This document shows positions 36,300-46,237 of a stretch of DNA of 64,000 bases, one piece after another; within the stretch, counting starts at the first letter, position 1; every line of letters starts with the position of its first letter. The stretch comes from Patescibacteria group bacterium (GTDB lineage: Bacteria; Patescibacteriota; Minisyncoccia; Phycocordibacterales; PALSA-1337), in assembly GCA_024654575.1 (NCBI GenBank), contig JANLHG010000005.1, positions 1,260 through 65,259 of the forward strand. Direction: 5' to 3'. A model generated the notes under the pieces. The model was not told where the DNA came from. It saw nothing but the letters and a program-made list of their open reading frames with translations, and made no database searches. The position numbers and the translations under genes are program-made.

Positions 36300-36551
36300 A
36301 TGAAAGTCGTTACAACAACCACAGCTCGCAAAAATATTGGTAATATGATTAATCGAGTAAAATACTCAGGTGAAGTTTTTGGTATTGGTCGTCGTAATTC
36401 TATTGATGCATTACTTATTAAATTTCCAAACACATATAATAAAGAACTTAATGACATCACTAATGTAAACGCCAATTCAGGAAGTTTTGATTTTTTAGCT
36501 GATGAACCAGAAATTTATTCAGTAGCCGATCTTCGTAAAAAGTATGTCTAA
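36300..36551 (+). CDS. Phd/YefM-family antitoxin
   Basis: MKVVTTTTARKNIGNMINRV…GEVFGIGRRNSIDALLI follows the YefM/Phd N-domain pattern. It overlaps the toxin start by 8 nt. The ORF track's upstream extension uses a TTG start. Confidence 0.6.
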   Translation: MKVVTTTTARKNIGNMINRVKYSGEVFGIGRRNSIDALLIKFPNTYNKELNDITNVNANSGSFDFLADEPEIYSVADLRKKYV

Positions 36552-36870
36552 AGGTACAATAATACTTACTCCTTTTCCATTTACAGATTTGTCAGGAAAT
36601 AAAGTTCGCCCAGCACTTGTTTTACATAATCAAAAAGATGGAGAAGATTGTATAGTAGCTTTCATATCGTCAATTAAAAATAAAAAATCTATAATTCATG
36701 ATATTCCAGTAATAGCAACAAAGAATAATGGTTTCAAAATAAATTCTACAATTAAAATTTCAAAAATTGCTACACTTCAAAAGACAATAATTCTTGGTGA
36801 AATTGGAAATCTAGAATCGTCAATTATGACAAAAGTTGATAATGCACTAAAAAATATATTTAAGATTTAA
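36544..36870 (+). CDS. mazF: PemK/MazF-family endoribonuclease toxin
   Basis: GTIILTPFPFTDLSGNKVRPALVL matches the MazF/PemK signature (…G.E…RPalVvs). Length is 108 aa. Confidence 0.7.
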   Translation: MSKGTIILTPFPFTDLSGNKVRPALVLHNQKDGEDCIVAFISSIKNKKSIIHDIPVIATKNNGFKINSTIKISKIATLQKTIILGEIGNLESSIMTKVDNALKNIFKI

Positions 36871-37994
36871 CTCTCATGAGAAAGAGCGATGTTCAAAATC
36901 GCTCGGGCGATTTTAGTAGAAGCATCTGGTTGAGCGAATTTTTTAGCGGAGATTTTCATTTTTTCGCGAATAGCTGGATTTTTCATTAAATGATTTATTT
37001 CTGAAATTAAAACATTAGCACTCAAATTATTTTCTTCCATTACCACACAAGCACCTGAACGAGCATAATTAAAAGCATTTTTAATTTGGTCGTGACTTAT
37101 ACTTTCTGGAATAGGAATAATAATTGAAGGAACCCCCCATTGAGCAATTTCAAAAATAGTAGAACCAGCTCTAGAAATTATAATGTCCGCAACACCAGCA
37201 GACATTCTCATCGCTAGAGGATTTAAATGGTCAAATGGTTTATAGCGTGAAGCATAAATACTATCTTTCATCACAAGCTGAGCAGTATCCCTTACTTCAA
37301 CAAAATTATTTTTACCTGTTTGATGAATTATCTGATATGAAGTAAGTAGTTGAGGTAAAGCATCTATTATCGTATCATTGATGATTTGTGAACCTTGTGA
37401 ACCTCCTAAAATAAGGATAGTCGGTATATTTGGATCAAGTTTTAAAAATTCATGAGCACCGTTACTTAAAGGAATAGATATTTCTCTTCTTATTGGATTA
37501 CCGGTATGAGCTACTTTATCTTTTGGAAAAAAATGGGCTACTTCTGGATATGACACGGCAATTTTTTTAGCAAACTTACCTGCCCACAAATTAACTCTTC
37601 CCGGTTCACTGTCTGATTCATGAATGATAACTGGAATACGTAAAAAACGAGCTGAAAAAACTATAGGAAAACTAGCGTATCCTCCTTTACTAAATACAAC
37701 ATCTGGATAAATATTGAATAAAGAAATCATTGCTTCCACAATCCCCCAAGCAGTTTTAAATAAATCAAAAAAATTTAAAATAGAAAAATATCGTCTTATT
37801 TTTCCTGCAGATACTTTTATAAAAGTAATATTATTATCAAAAAGTGCTCTACTATCGTAGGGAGTTGGTCCCATATAAAAAATCTCAGGTTCAAGAATTC
37901 TATCTTCTTTAGCAATTTGATGAATTCCCTCAACAACAGCAATAATCGGATAAAAATGTCCGCCTGTACCTCCACCTGTAAGTACTATTTTCAT
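36867..37994 (-). CDS. murG: Undecaprenyldiphospho-muramoylpentapeptide beta-N-acetylglucosaminyltransferase MurG
   Basis: MKIVLTGGGTGGHFYPIIAV is the G-rich loop. The C-domain is a GT28 fold. The gene is adjacent to ftsW. Confidence 0.9.
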   Translation of the reverse strand: MKIVLTGGGTGGHFYPIIAVVEGIHQIAKEDRILEPEIFYMGPTPYDSRALFDNNITFIKVSAGKIRRYFSILNFFDLFKTAWGIVEAMISLFNIYPDVVFSKGGYASFPIVFSARFLRIPVIIHESDSEPGRVNLWAGKFAKKIAVSYPEVAHFFPKDKVAHTGNPIRREISIPLSNGAHEFLKLDPNIPTILILGGSQGSQIINDTIIDALPQLLTSYQIIHQTGKNNFVEVRDTAQLVMKDSIYASRYKPFDHLNPLAMRMSAGVADIIISRAGSTIFEIAQWGVPSIIIPIPESISHDQIKNAFNYARSGACVVMEENNLSANVLISEINHLMKNPAIREKMKISAKKFAQPDASTKIARAILNIALSHES

Positions 37995-38001
37995 AATCTT
38001 A

Positions 38002-39150
38002 TTATATGCTATTTTTTTTATGATATCTAGAGATGTTGAGGATAATGCCTACCTCTGCTAAAACTGTTACTAAAGCCGTACCACCATGACTTACAAAAAG
38101 TAAAGGAATACCAGAAAGTGGAATAATACCTATCATTGACGCAATATTCATAAATGATTCAACGACAATCAGAACTACTATTCCTACTATGAAAAAACTG
38201 CCGAAAAGATCTCCCGACCTAGTAGCGATTTTAAAACCACGAATAACAAAAAAAAGAAATAAGAAAATTAATGCAACAGATCCAACAAATCCCCACTCTT
38301 CAGCATAAACGGCAAAGATAGAATCACCGACTGGTTCTGGTAAATAATTAAATTTTTGAACACTCTGTCCGAATCCCCTTCCAAACATCCCACCAGAACC
38401 AATAGCGATCAGAGATTGTTGAATTTGATACCCTGAGTTTAGAGGGTCACTGGCGGGATTGATAAAAGTCTTAATTCTTTCCATCGCATAAGGTCTTACG
38501 AGTGCAACAGCTCCAACAAATAATAATCCCATACAAGCAATGACGCCAATATCCCTCCATTTAGCTCCAGCAGAAAAAAGCATAGCTAAACCAGAAAAAG
38601 CAATAATAACAAATGTTTTTGTATCAGATTGAGCAATAAGTATAGGGCATAAAATAATAGCAATAACTATAAAAGGCAAAAGACCAAATTTAAATTTAGT
38701 TACATTATCTTTAACACTAGCAAGCCACGTTGAAAAATAAAGAATAAATCCAAATTTCAAAAATTCTGATGGTTGAATTGTAAAAGAACCGATTGTAATC
38801 CATCTTGTGGCTCCTCCATGTTCAAATCCTAGTTTTGGAATAAAAAGTAAAAGGTTAAGTAAAATTGTGGATAAAAATATGTAAAAAGCATATCTTCTCC
38901 AAAATTTATGTGGGATTACTTTTGCACAAAGAAAAAGTCCCAGAAGTCCTAATCCGAGAGCTATGAGTTGAGTATTGGATATATTGTCAAACTTAGAATT
39001 ATCTCTAGCCAATATTCCTAATGATGCAGAAGTAAAAATAAAAAATCCAAAAATCACCAAAATCAACACCGAAAAAAGAAACGGTTTATCAACCTTTAAA
39101 AGTTTCATATGAGAAATTATAACATATTTTTTACTTGATTTTTTCCGCAA
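38002..39150 (-). CDS. ftsW: SEDS-family peptidoglycan glycosyltransferase FtsW/RodA
   Basis: About 10 TM helices with a SEDS-like pattern. Gene order is ftsW-murG. Confidence 0.85.
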   Translation of the reverse strand: MRKKSSKKYVIISHMKLLKVDKPFLFSVLILVIFGFFIFTSASLGILARDNSKFDNISNTQLIALGLGLLGLFLCAKVIPHKFWRRYAFYIFLSTILLNLLLFIPKLGFEHGGATRWITIGSFTIQPSEFLKFGFILYFSTWLASVKDNVTKFKFGLLPFIVIAIILCPILIAQSDTKTFVIIAFSGLAMLFSAGAKWRDIGVIACMGLLFVGAVALVRPYAMERIKTFINPASDPLNSGYQIQQSLIAIGSGGMFGRGFGQSVQKFNYLPEPVGDSIFAVYAEEWGFVGSVALIFLFLFFVIRGFKIATRSGDLFGSFFIVGIVVLIVVESFMNIASMIGIIPLSGIPLLFVSHGGTALVTVLAEVGIILNISRYHKKNSI

Positions 39151-39902
39151 TAAAGAGTAAAAAGATACTAGAACAAAAGAAAGGTCTTTACATGTACATA
39201 CATCAAATGGATACTCTATTCACAGAAACGGCTCGTATCGTAGTAGAACAAAAAAAAGAACATACACGCCTTGCTCTTGAAAAAGAAAAACGGAAAGTGC
39301 TAGAAAAAACAAATCGTGATAATGTAAGAAAATTAGAGATTACCAAACTCGTCAAAAATGCACAAACTAATCTTGATTTTATGACGAGAAGCCATAAAAG
39401 CAACAGGAAATTTCCTGACTATCTCACAACATTGTTTGAAGAATTTGCGATAGTTAAAAGGTGGTATGAATATGAAGTGGTGAAGGGAAAGCCAGAACCT
39501 ATGGACGAAATAACAGCTTCAGTAAAGACGAAAACAACTGAAGTGAAAGCTCAACGTCTTAGAGAAGTCTGGAAGGAAGAACTCGTACTCTCAGTTGCTA
39601 GAATACCGCAAAAAGAAGATTATGAACTGAGAAACAAATGTATTACAGAAATTGTAATAATCACAAGGAAAGCTGGTGACCTTAAAAGTAAAGTAGATTT
39701 AGAACAAAATCAAGCAACTGTAACGGTGATTAATAGGGTTATTCCAGGTCATCAAAATAACGAAAATGAATGGAAACCATGTATCCTTTATTGGGGTAAA
39801 GCACTAGATGTAGTGCTTGAAAATCTCACAACACCAGACGGAACTATCCGTCAACTCATAGAAAAATTCGGATTACCGAATGAGTGGAGAGACGAATACT
39901 GA
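39135..39902 (+). CDS. Hypothetical charged protein (start likely at the MYIHQMD Met, about 39192)
   Basis: Intact ORF followed by a strong terminator. No recognisable motif. Confidence 0.45.
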   Translation: MIFSAIKSKKILEQKKGLYMYIHQMDTLFTETARIVVEQKKEHTRLALEKEKRKVLEKTNRDNVRKLEITKLVKNAQTNLDFMTRSHKSNRKFPDYLTTLFEEFAIVKRWYEYEVVKGKPEPMDEITASVKTKTTEVKAQRLREVWKEELVLSVARIPQKEDYELRNKCITEIVIITRKAGDLKSKVDLEQNQATVTVINRVIPGHQNNENEWKPCILYWGKALDVVLENLTTPDGTIRQLIEKFGLPNEWRDEY

Positions 39903-39926
39903 TGCTGACAAATTCGCTCTCGTTTA

Positions 39927-39954
39927 CCCTCGCGCTTGCGCGAGGGCTTTTTTA
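39927..39954 (+). terminator. Rho-independent terminator (GC-rich perfect hairpin)
   Basis: ccctcgcgc-ttgc-gcgcgaggg followed by ctttttt. Confidence 0.7.
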
Positions 39955-39975
39955 TACATAGGAGTTTCCTATGTA
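39955..39975. repeat. Inverted repeat TACATAGGAGTTTCCTATGTA; member of a GC-hairpin plus IR composite repeat family (second copy inside dnaG)
   Basis: The same 17-nt core, TAGGAGTTTCCTATGTA, recurs at 46594-46610. Confidence 0.6.
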
Positions 39976-40437
39976 TTACCTCGTCACTGAAATCACTAGG
40001 ATTTCAATTTCTGTTGATGGGGCAGTGATGGTAATACGGTCATTCACATCTATTGCTATAGAATATTGAGTATCGTAGTCATTCACCGAAGTAAAGTGTG
40101 CACCAGAAGCACTAGGGTCAAACGGCATTGAAGCAATATAAGTAGGTACTAAACAAGGAGCGATATCAAAACCACCAGATGATTTCATTATGGTAGATGT
40201 TGCTGGGATTGTCGTGACCGTTCCACTGCATTTAAATAATCCTCTATTTTCCGACATATTTTGTCCAATAGCATTTAATATAGTTGTTACATGACTAGTT
40301 CTTTGAGAATCCCTAGCGATTTTAAATTGCCGAGATGGATTGATGGCTACAAGTACTACTCCAGCAAGTATGGCAATAATACCTATAACCACCAAAATCT
40401 CAATAAGAGTAAAACCGTCTTGCTTATTATTTTTCAT
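39976..40437 (-). CDS. Type IV pilin (prepilin with N-terminal methylation motif)
   Basis: KQDGFTLIEILVVIGIIAILAG is the class III signal peptide plus the conserved N-terminal helix. Confidence 0.8.
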   Translation of the reverse strand: MKNNKQDGFTLIEILVVIGIIAILAGVVLVAINPSRQFKIARDSQRTSHVTTILNAIGQNMSENRGLFKCSGTVTTIPATSTIMKSSGGFDIAPCLVPTYIASMPFDPSASGAHFTSVNDYDTQYSIAIDVNDRITITAPSTEIEILVISVTR

Positions 40438-40449
40438 AAAAACATTATC

Positions 40450-40836
40450 TCATATTTCTTGAAAATTGGTAATAGTTGGATTATTTATATCTGAAATATC
40501 CAAAGTGGCGGTAAAGGTCGTAAAACTTCTGGATACAACCGACGTTGCCGTGATGATGCGACTATTACCACTTTCTGTAATGCTCGTTATTGAACAAGAA
40601 CCATTAGGAATTGAAATAACTTCTGGAGAACTTATAGAATAATGCGAATCCTGAATAATATGAAGAAAACCGTATTCCAGACAGGTTTCAGCAAAATACC
40701 TGCTTTGAAATTTGTCTCTGGATTGCATTCTTTCGGTTCGTAAAGTGAATAATGAAAGAACCGAGCCTACACTGACCGCCAACAATATGGCGGATACTAT
40801 AATCACAACAATCAATGTCGCAAATCCTTTTTTCAT
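40450..40836 (-). CDS. Pilin-like / minor pilin
   Basis: MKKGFATLIVVIIVSAILLAV is a prepilin-like N-terminus. Confidence 0.55.
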   Translation of the reverse strand: MKKGFATLIVVIIVSAILLAVSVGSVLSLFTLRTERMQSRDKFQSRYFAETCLEYGFLHIIQDSHYSISSPEVISIPNGSCSITSITESGNSRIITATSVVSRSFTTFTATLDISDINNPTITNFQEI

Positions 40837-41243
40837 AGCCTTGTATATCTAATTACACTAAAATTTATTTTATTGATACTAAAAGAAACTTTTACCCATG
40901 CCGGAGCGTTTCCACTCTTTCCGTGTTCAACCACAAAATCTTTCACTTCTATTAAATCACTAGCAAAAATTTTGGCATCAATATCATATGTTATACCATT
41001 ATTTTTTAAACTTAATGTTGTAGAAGTGGCATTCAATACAGGGATATAAACAACATCTGCACCAAGTAAAAGATATCTGATTTTACCTATTATGAAATCG
41101 CCCTCTTGAATAGCAAAAATATCGTTATCGTGACGATTAAAATTTGAAAGCAATGTATAAGATGAATTTACTAAACCAATCAAAAGTACAGATAGTAGTC
41201 CGATATAAATAATGGTTTCTATTAAGGTAAATCCTTTTTTCAT
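40833..41243 (-). CDS. Prepilin-type N-terminal cleavage/methylation domain protein (minor pilin)
   Basis: MKKGFTLIETIIYIGLLSVLL. Confidence 0.65.
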   Translation of the reverse strand: MKKGFTLIETIIYIGLLSVLLIGLVNSSYTLLSNFNRHDNDIFAIQEGDFIIGKIRYLLLGADVVYIPVLNATSTTLSLKNNGITYDIDAKIFASDLIEVKDFVVEHGKSGNAPAWVKVSFSINKINFSVIRYTRL

Positions 41244-42514
41244 TGTGGTGTGATAATTTTTAAGGCATTATTATCTTCAAATGCTATATAAACAACATCT
41301 TCATCGCAATCAATAGCTACAGCTTTTGAAGAAAAATCTAAACTAGAAACTAGAGAAATTGAAGCTGGATTTAAAACAGAAAGAACTTGCAGTTTTTTGT
41401 TTGTGGTAACCAAAAATGCTAGATTTTTATCGCCAACAATATCGTTTATACTTGAACCGATACGATACGAACCAAGTTTTTGTGGAGTGGTGCTGGAAGT
41501 ATCTAAAACAAAAAAATCTCCTCCAGTTGTATGCCCTAGATATGTCGTCGTCCCTACAGAATAGATACTCTTACCAGAATTGTTTGCCTCGCTAAAACCA
41601 CTTACTTGTGTGATATTTGAAAAATCGCTTATATCCAGAACCTTTAATTCTTCATTATTCGGACTAGCTTCATACAAAATATTTCCTTTTACATTCATAG
41701 CATTTATAGTTGTGTTCGCTTCCCAATTCCCTATTTCAGTTGGATTATAGACATCTGAGACATTAATAATATGGAGCTCACTTATTGAACTTTTTGGAGT
41801 ACCTAGATAAACTTTTTTCTTTGAATAAAAAATACTATTAGCATATAGACCGCTATAAGTCCCGGGTAATTTATAAGAAGAAACAATAAATGGATTATAC
41901 GGGTCTTTAATATTTATAATTTGTAATTGAGCATTTGTACTTGAATTGCCAACATAAGCATAATCACCAGCCACAGCCAAAGCTACTAACCCAGGACCAG
42001 TATCTATTTTTGAAATAATATCCGGATTTTGAGGATTCGAAACATCAACAATAAAAAAATCTTCTTTATTTTGAACGGCAGAATCAGCTGTCACATAAGC
42101 ATAGCTTCCTTGATTGATCACATCCGTAGCAACAATATCGGTTGTTGTGCTGGTATCCAAAGTGATTTCACCAACAATTTTTAGATTAGACCAATCGTCA
42201 TTAAATGAACAATTTTTATATCCTCGAGCATTTCGCCAATCAATAACACGAATAGTAAAATCATCTTTATTTACATCTTTAGTAATATCATCAATATCAT
42301 TTGCAATAATAGAATTAAAATCTATCCTTCCTTGTACTATAGTATTTTCCAAAAATTCTTCCGTTTCTGAATCAATTTCAACACTATTTTTCATATCAGC
42401 CATAGTCTTATCGGTAACATAATAGAGATTTATTAATGCACCAAAAGAAATAATTAATACCGAAAAAGCGATTAAAATCTCTAGAGTTATAGAACCTTTA
42501 TTGTATTTTTCCAT
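41240..42514 (-). CDS. Pilin-like N-terminus fused to a beta-propeller with LVIVD-type repeats; candidate pilus-tip adhesin
   Basis: The N-terminus GSITLEILIAFSVLIISFG is prepilin-like. Repeated units of the form …YAYV…IVDVSNPQNP…, …YAYVGNS…IINIKDPYNP… and …IINVSDVYNP… follow. Confidence 0.55.
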   Translation of the reverse strand: MEKYNKGSITLEILIAFSVLIISFGALINLYYVTDKTMADMKNSVEIDSETEEFLENTIVQGRIDFNSIIANDIDDITKDVNKDDFTIRVIDWRNARGYKNCSFNDDWSNLKIVGEITLDTSTTTDIVATDVINQGSYAYVTADSAVQNKEDFFIVDVSNPQNPDIISKIDTGPGLVALAVAGDYAYVGNSSTNAQLQIINIKDPYNPFIVSSYKLPGTYSGLYANSIFYSKKKVYLGTPKSSISELHIINVSDVYNPTEIGNWEANTTINAMNVKGNILYEASPNNEELKVLDISDFSNITQVSGFSEANNSGKSIYSVGTTTYLGHTTGGDFFVLDTSSTTPQKLGSYRIGSSINDIVGDKNLAFLVTTNKKLQVLSVLNPASISLVSSLDFSSKAVAIDCDEDVVYIAFEDNNALKIITPQ

Positions 42515-42827
42515 TTGAGTAGATTGTCATAATTTCTGAACGACCATTTTTTGAAAAAATAACTTCAGTCGTAGAAGAAACATTAGCACTGACCCTATCA
42601 AAAACGCCATGAGAAACATTATCAATATTATTAAGTGATTGACTTCGTGATTCCTGAATAGAATTTATAAACAAAACTTTTTCTTTATTAAATTCATAAC
42701 GATTATATGAACTTATAGTAGCGACTAAACCAATACTTCCGATTACAGATAAAACAGAAAGAGAGATGAGTACTTCAATAAGAGAAAATCCACGCATATT
42801 ATTGATGTAAATTTTGGGTAATAGCAT
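42498..42827 (-). CDS. Prepilin-type minor pilin
   Basis: MRGFSLIEVLISLSVLSVIG. Confidence 0.65.
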   Translation of the reverse strand: MLLPKIYINNMRGFSLIEVLISLSVLSVIGSIGLVATISSYNRYEFNKEKVLFINSIQESRSQSLNNIDNVSHGVFDRVSANVSSTTEVIFSKNGRSEIMTIYSNGKIQ

Positions 42828-43833
42828 AGATCGGCGAAATCACAGCAACTGCAATAAAACCAACACTTAAACCTATGATAATCATAAGTATTGGTTCAAT
42901 GGAACTTGATAAATTTTTAGTAATTTCATCTACTTCTTTTTCATAATATTCAGAAATATACAAAAAAACATCTGATAAATTTCCAGCTCTTTCACCTATG
43001 GCTGTCATATCAGAAACCATTGGAAAAAATATTTTTGGATATAGTGCAAAATGAGTAGAAATTTTTTCACCACGAGAAACAGCTTCTGACACTTCAATTA
43101 GTTTTTCTTTATAAATCGGATTAGACAAAGTTAAACCTGTAACTGCTAACGACTCACTCAAAGTTATCCCGCTTTTTTGTAAAAGTCCTAGAGTTCTACA
43201 TATATTTGCTATCATAGCGTATTTAATTATTTGAGAAATTAATGGGATATAAAGAAAAAAAGAGTAAAATAAAAATCTAACACGATAATATTTTTTACAT
43301 AAAAACCAAATGATAGTTGGTATAAAAAGCACAAAAAATAAAATAATAATCCAATAATGACTCACTAGATCACTAGTAAAAATTAAAATTTTAGTAGAAA
43401 AAGGTAATTCTCCATTAATACTTTTAAAAACAGGTAATATCTTAGGAAAAAGATAAACAGACATCATTAAACCAACAGCTAAAGCTGAAATTAAGATAAA
43501 AAACGGATAGATGAGAGCTGTTTGTATTTTTCGTCTTAAGGCATGTCGTTTCTTAAGTTCTTCTGCTAAATATTGAAGATTAGAATTTAATGTTCCACTC
43601 ATTTCCCCAACTTTAACAATGTGTATAGCAAAAGAATTCCATACACCTAAATTAGTAAAACCTTTAGAGAGTGAAAGTCCTTTAGAAACATCATCTAACA
43701 ATTTTTTCAAAATTATTTTATTTTTCTTCAATGCCTGAGACTGGAGCATACGCAAACTTTCTTGAAGAGTAATCCCCGAATTAAGAAGAAAAGCTAGGCG
43801 TTGGACAAAATTTATTTTATCTTCTTTATTCAT
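42799..43833 (-). CDS. pilC: Type IV pilus assembly platform protein PilC (GspF family)
   Basis: Two GspF-like repeats plus three TM segments. The gene is adjacent to the pilB ATPase. Confidence 0.85.
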   Translation of the reverse strand: MNKEDKINFVQRLAFLLNSGITLQESLRMLQSQALKKNKIILKKLLDDVSKGLSLSKGFTNLGVWNSFAIHIVKVGEMSGTLNSNLQYLAEELKKRHALRRKIQTALIYPFFILISALAVGLMMSVYLFPKILPVFKSINGELPFSTKILIFTSDLVSHYWIIILFFVLFIPTIIWFLCKKYYRVRFLFYSFFLYIPLISQIIKYAMIANICRTLGLLQKSGITLSESLAVTGLTLSNPIYKEKLIEVSEAVSRGEKISTHFALYPKIFFPMVSDMTAIGERAGNLSDVFLYISEYYEKEVDEITKNLSSSIEPILMIIIGLSVGFIAVAVISPIYAITQNLHQ

Positions 43834-45034
43834 GAATTATTCTTAAAACTTCTTCCACTGTAGTTAATCCTTGAAAAGCTTTTGATAAACCATCTTCCAA
43901 CATCGTTTGCATTCCATTTTTTATAGCAAGATTTTTAATTTCGCGAGCTGAAGATTTACGAACAATGGCATCTTTTATTTTATTATCAATTTGCATTACT
44001 TCGTATACGCCGATTCTTCCTCTAAAACCCGTATTTGCACATTTATCACAACCCTTTCCGAAATATAATTTTTTTATTTTTGTAATCTTTGGTTTTGATA
44101 AAATTTCCTTGAGTTTTTGTTTATCAATTTCCGTTATTTTTCTATCGTGAATACAATGCTCACATATTCTACGAACTAATCTTTGTGCAACAACAACACT
44201 AACAGTAGAAGCAATCAAATAGGCGTCAATTTTCATATCAAGAAGACGAGGTAATGTGGAAGCTGAATCGTTTGTGTGAAGTGTTGAAAGGAGCAAGTGA
44301 CCAGTAAGCGAAATATTCACAGCAATACGTGCAGTTTCTTCATCACGAATTTCTCCAACCATAATTATATTTGGATCTTGTCGCAACATCGCTCGTAAAC
44401 CTTTAGCAAAAGATAATCCTGTTTCTGAATTTATCTGTATTTGTTTTATTCCTTTAATTGAATATTCTATCGGATCTTCAATCGTCATCAAACATCTATC
44501 ACTTTTGTTTAACATTTGTATAAGCGTATAAAGTGTAGTTGTTTTTCCAGAACCTGTCGGACCAGTTACTAAAATCATTCCGTTCGGTTTATGAATAGCT
44601 TTAGTTATTGTTGTTACATCAATATCCCTCATTCCTAAATTTTCTAGTGTAAAATTTTCAACCTTTTTAGCTAAAATACGAAATACTGCATTCTCACCAT
44701 AATAAGTCGGCATAACTGAAATTCTTATATCAAGAAAACCACCAGTAATGGTGTCTATTCTAAATCTTCCATCTTGCGGAGTGTGGTGAACGTCGGTTCT
44801 AAGTCCAGCTAAAACTTTTATTCTTGAAATAATTTCTGAATGAATTATTTTTGGAAGAGTAAAAGAAGAAATTAAAACACCGTCAATTCGCAATCGAACC
44901 AAAATTTCTTCTTCTACTGGGTCAATGTGTACATCTGAAGCGTTTATTTCGTAAGCGTGTTCAATGAGATTTTGAACTAAATCAATGATAGAAATATTCC
45001 TACCTTTCGCCAATTCCGCCTCCACTTTTGTCAT
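43826..45034 (-). CDS. pilB: Type IV pilus assembly ATPase PilB/GspE family
   Basis: Walker A is GPTGSGKTTTLY. The C4 Zn motif is CEHC…CDKC. An Asp box and His box are present. Length is 402 aa. Confidence 0.85.
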   Translation of the reverse strand: MTKVEAELAKGRNISIIDLVQNLIEHAYEINASDVHIDPVEEEILVRLRIDGVLISSFTLPKIIHSEIISRIKVLAGLRTDVHHTPQDGRFRIDTITGGFLDIRISVMPTYYGENAVFRILAKKVENFTLENLGMRDIDVTTITKAIHKPNGMILVTGPTGSGKTTTLYTLIQMLNKSDRCLMTIEDPIEYSIKGIKQIQINSETGLSFAKGLRAMLRQDPNIIMVGEIRDEETARIAVNISLTGHLLLSTLHTNDSASTLPRLLDMKIDAYLIASTVSVVVAQRLVRRICEHCIHDRKITEIDKQKLKEILSKPKITKIKKLYFGKGCDKCANTGFRGRIGVYEVMQIDNKIKDAIVRKSSAREIKNLAIKNGMQTMLEDGLSKAFQGLTTVEEVLRIIHE

Positions 45035-45047
45035 AATATTCTTTTAT

Positions 45048-46220
45048 TTAATAATTCCTTAATCGGTTAATATTTTCGTGTTCGCGGATTTTATCATGTG
45101 CTTTGGCTTCAATTTGACGAATTCTTTCTCGAGTAACCCCAAATTCTTTTCCCACCTCTTCAAGAGTATGAGTAATACCATCAACCAATCCATGTCTCAT
45201 TTCAAGAATTTTTCTCTCCTTCAAAGATAAATCTCCTAAAATATCCTTGACCTGATCACCTAAAATTCTACGAGAAGAATCCTGGTCTGGAGAAAGAATT
45301 TTATCATCTGAAAGGAAATCACCGAGTGTTGATTTGTCTTCACCGTCATCACCAACAGGACTTTCCAAAGAAACTGTATCCTGATCTATTTTCTCAATAT
45401 TATAAATTTTTTCAACATCAAGTCCCATTTCCGTAGCGATTTCTTCCGCTAATGGTTCTCGTCCTAAATCTTGACTAAGTCGTCGCACCACTTGTTTGTA
45501 TTTTGCAATTGTCTCAACCATATGCACCGGCACACGAATAGTTCTTGATTGGTCAGCCAAAGCTCTAGTAATAGCTTGTCTAATCCACCAAGTAGCATAA
45601 GTTGAAAATTTGTATCCTTTAGTCCAATCAAATTTATCAACAGCTTTAAAAAGACCGAGATTTCCTTCTTGAATTAAATCAAGTAAAGTTAAATCTGGAC
45701 TTCGTCCAACATATTTTTTAGCAATAGAAACAACGAGACGAAGGTTTGCACGTGCCAGTAAATTTTTTGCTTCTTCTTCTCCTTTTTGAATTCTTTTTGC
45801 TAAATCTTTTTCAACCGAAGCCGGAACAAGCGGATATTGTCCGATTTCCTTTAAATACATTTGAATAGAATCATATGCTGAATCACTTTTACCATAACTA
45901 TACTTTTTAGAAACGGGTTCCTCAGGTTCTATATCTAAAATACCACCACCTTCAAGAATATCTACTCCAGCTTCTGCTAATTTATTATAGAGATCATCAA
46001 GACCATTTATATTTTCTTCAATCGTTGGAAAATCTCTTAAAATCTCATCATAAGTAACAAATCCCCTCTCTTTTCCTTTCTCAAGTAATTTTTCTGATTT
46101 TACACTAAACTCTTTAGCTTTACTTAAAACTGCTTTTTTAGGCCTAATCTTAGCCTTATTTTTCTTTTTTTTGATAACTTTGACCTTTTTTTTTGGAACC
46201 CTTTTTTTAGATTTCTTCAT
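45048..46220 (-). CDS. rpoD: RNA polymerase sigma-70 factor RpoD
   Basis: [24 protein letters not shown] is region 2.4/3.0. Region 4.2 is an HTH. A Lys-rich N-terminal tail is present. The gene sits in a dnaG-rpoD tandem. Confidence 0.9.
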   Translation of the reverse strand: MKKSKKRVPKKKVKVIKKKKNKAKIRPKKAVLSKAKEFSVKSEKLLEKGKERGFVTYDEILRDFPTIEENINGLDDLYNKLAEAGVDILEGGGILDIEPEEPVSKKYSYGKSDSAYDSIQMYLKEIGQYPLVPASVEKDLAKRIQKGEEEAKNLLARANLRLVVSIAKKYVGRSPDLTLLDLIQEGNLGLFKAVDKFDWTKGYKFSTYATWWIRQAITRALADQSRTIRVPVHMVETIAKYKQVVRRLSQDLGREPLAEEIATEMGLDVEKIYNIEKIDQDTVSLESPVGDDGEDKSTLGDFLSDDKILSPDQDSSRRILGDQVKDILGDLSLKERKILEMRHGLVDGITHTLEEVGKEFGVTRERIRQIEAKAHDKIREHENINRLRNY

Positions 46221-46237
46221 ATGTAAGTAATACTATA

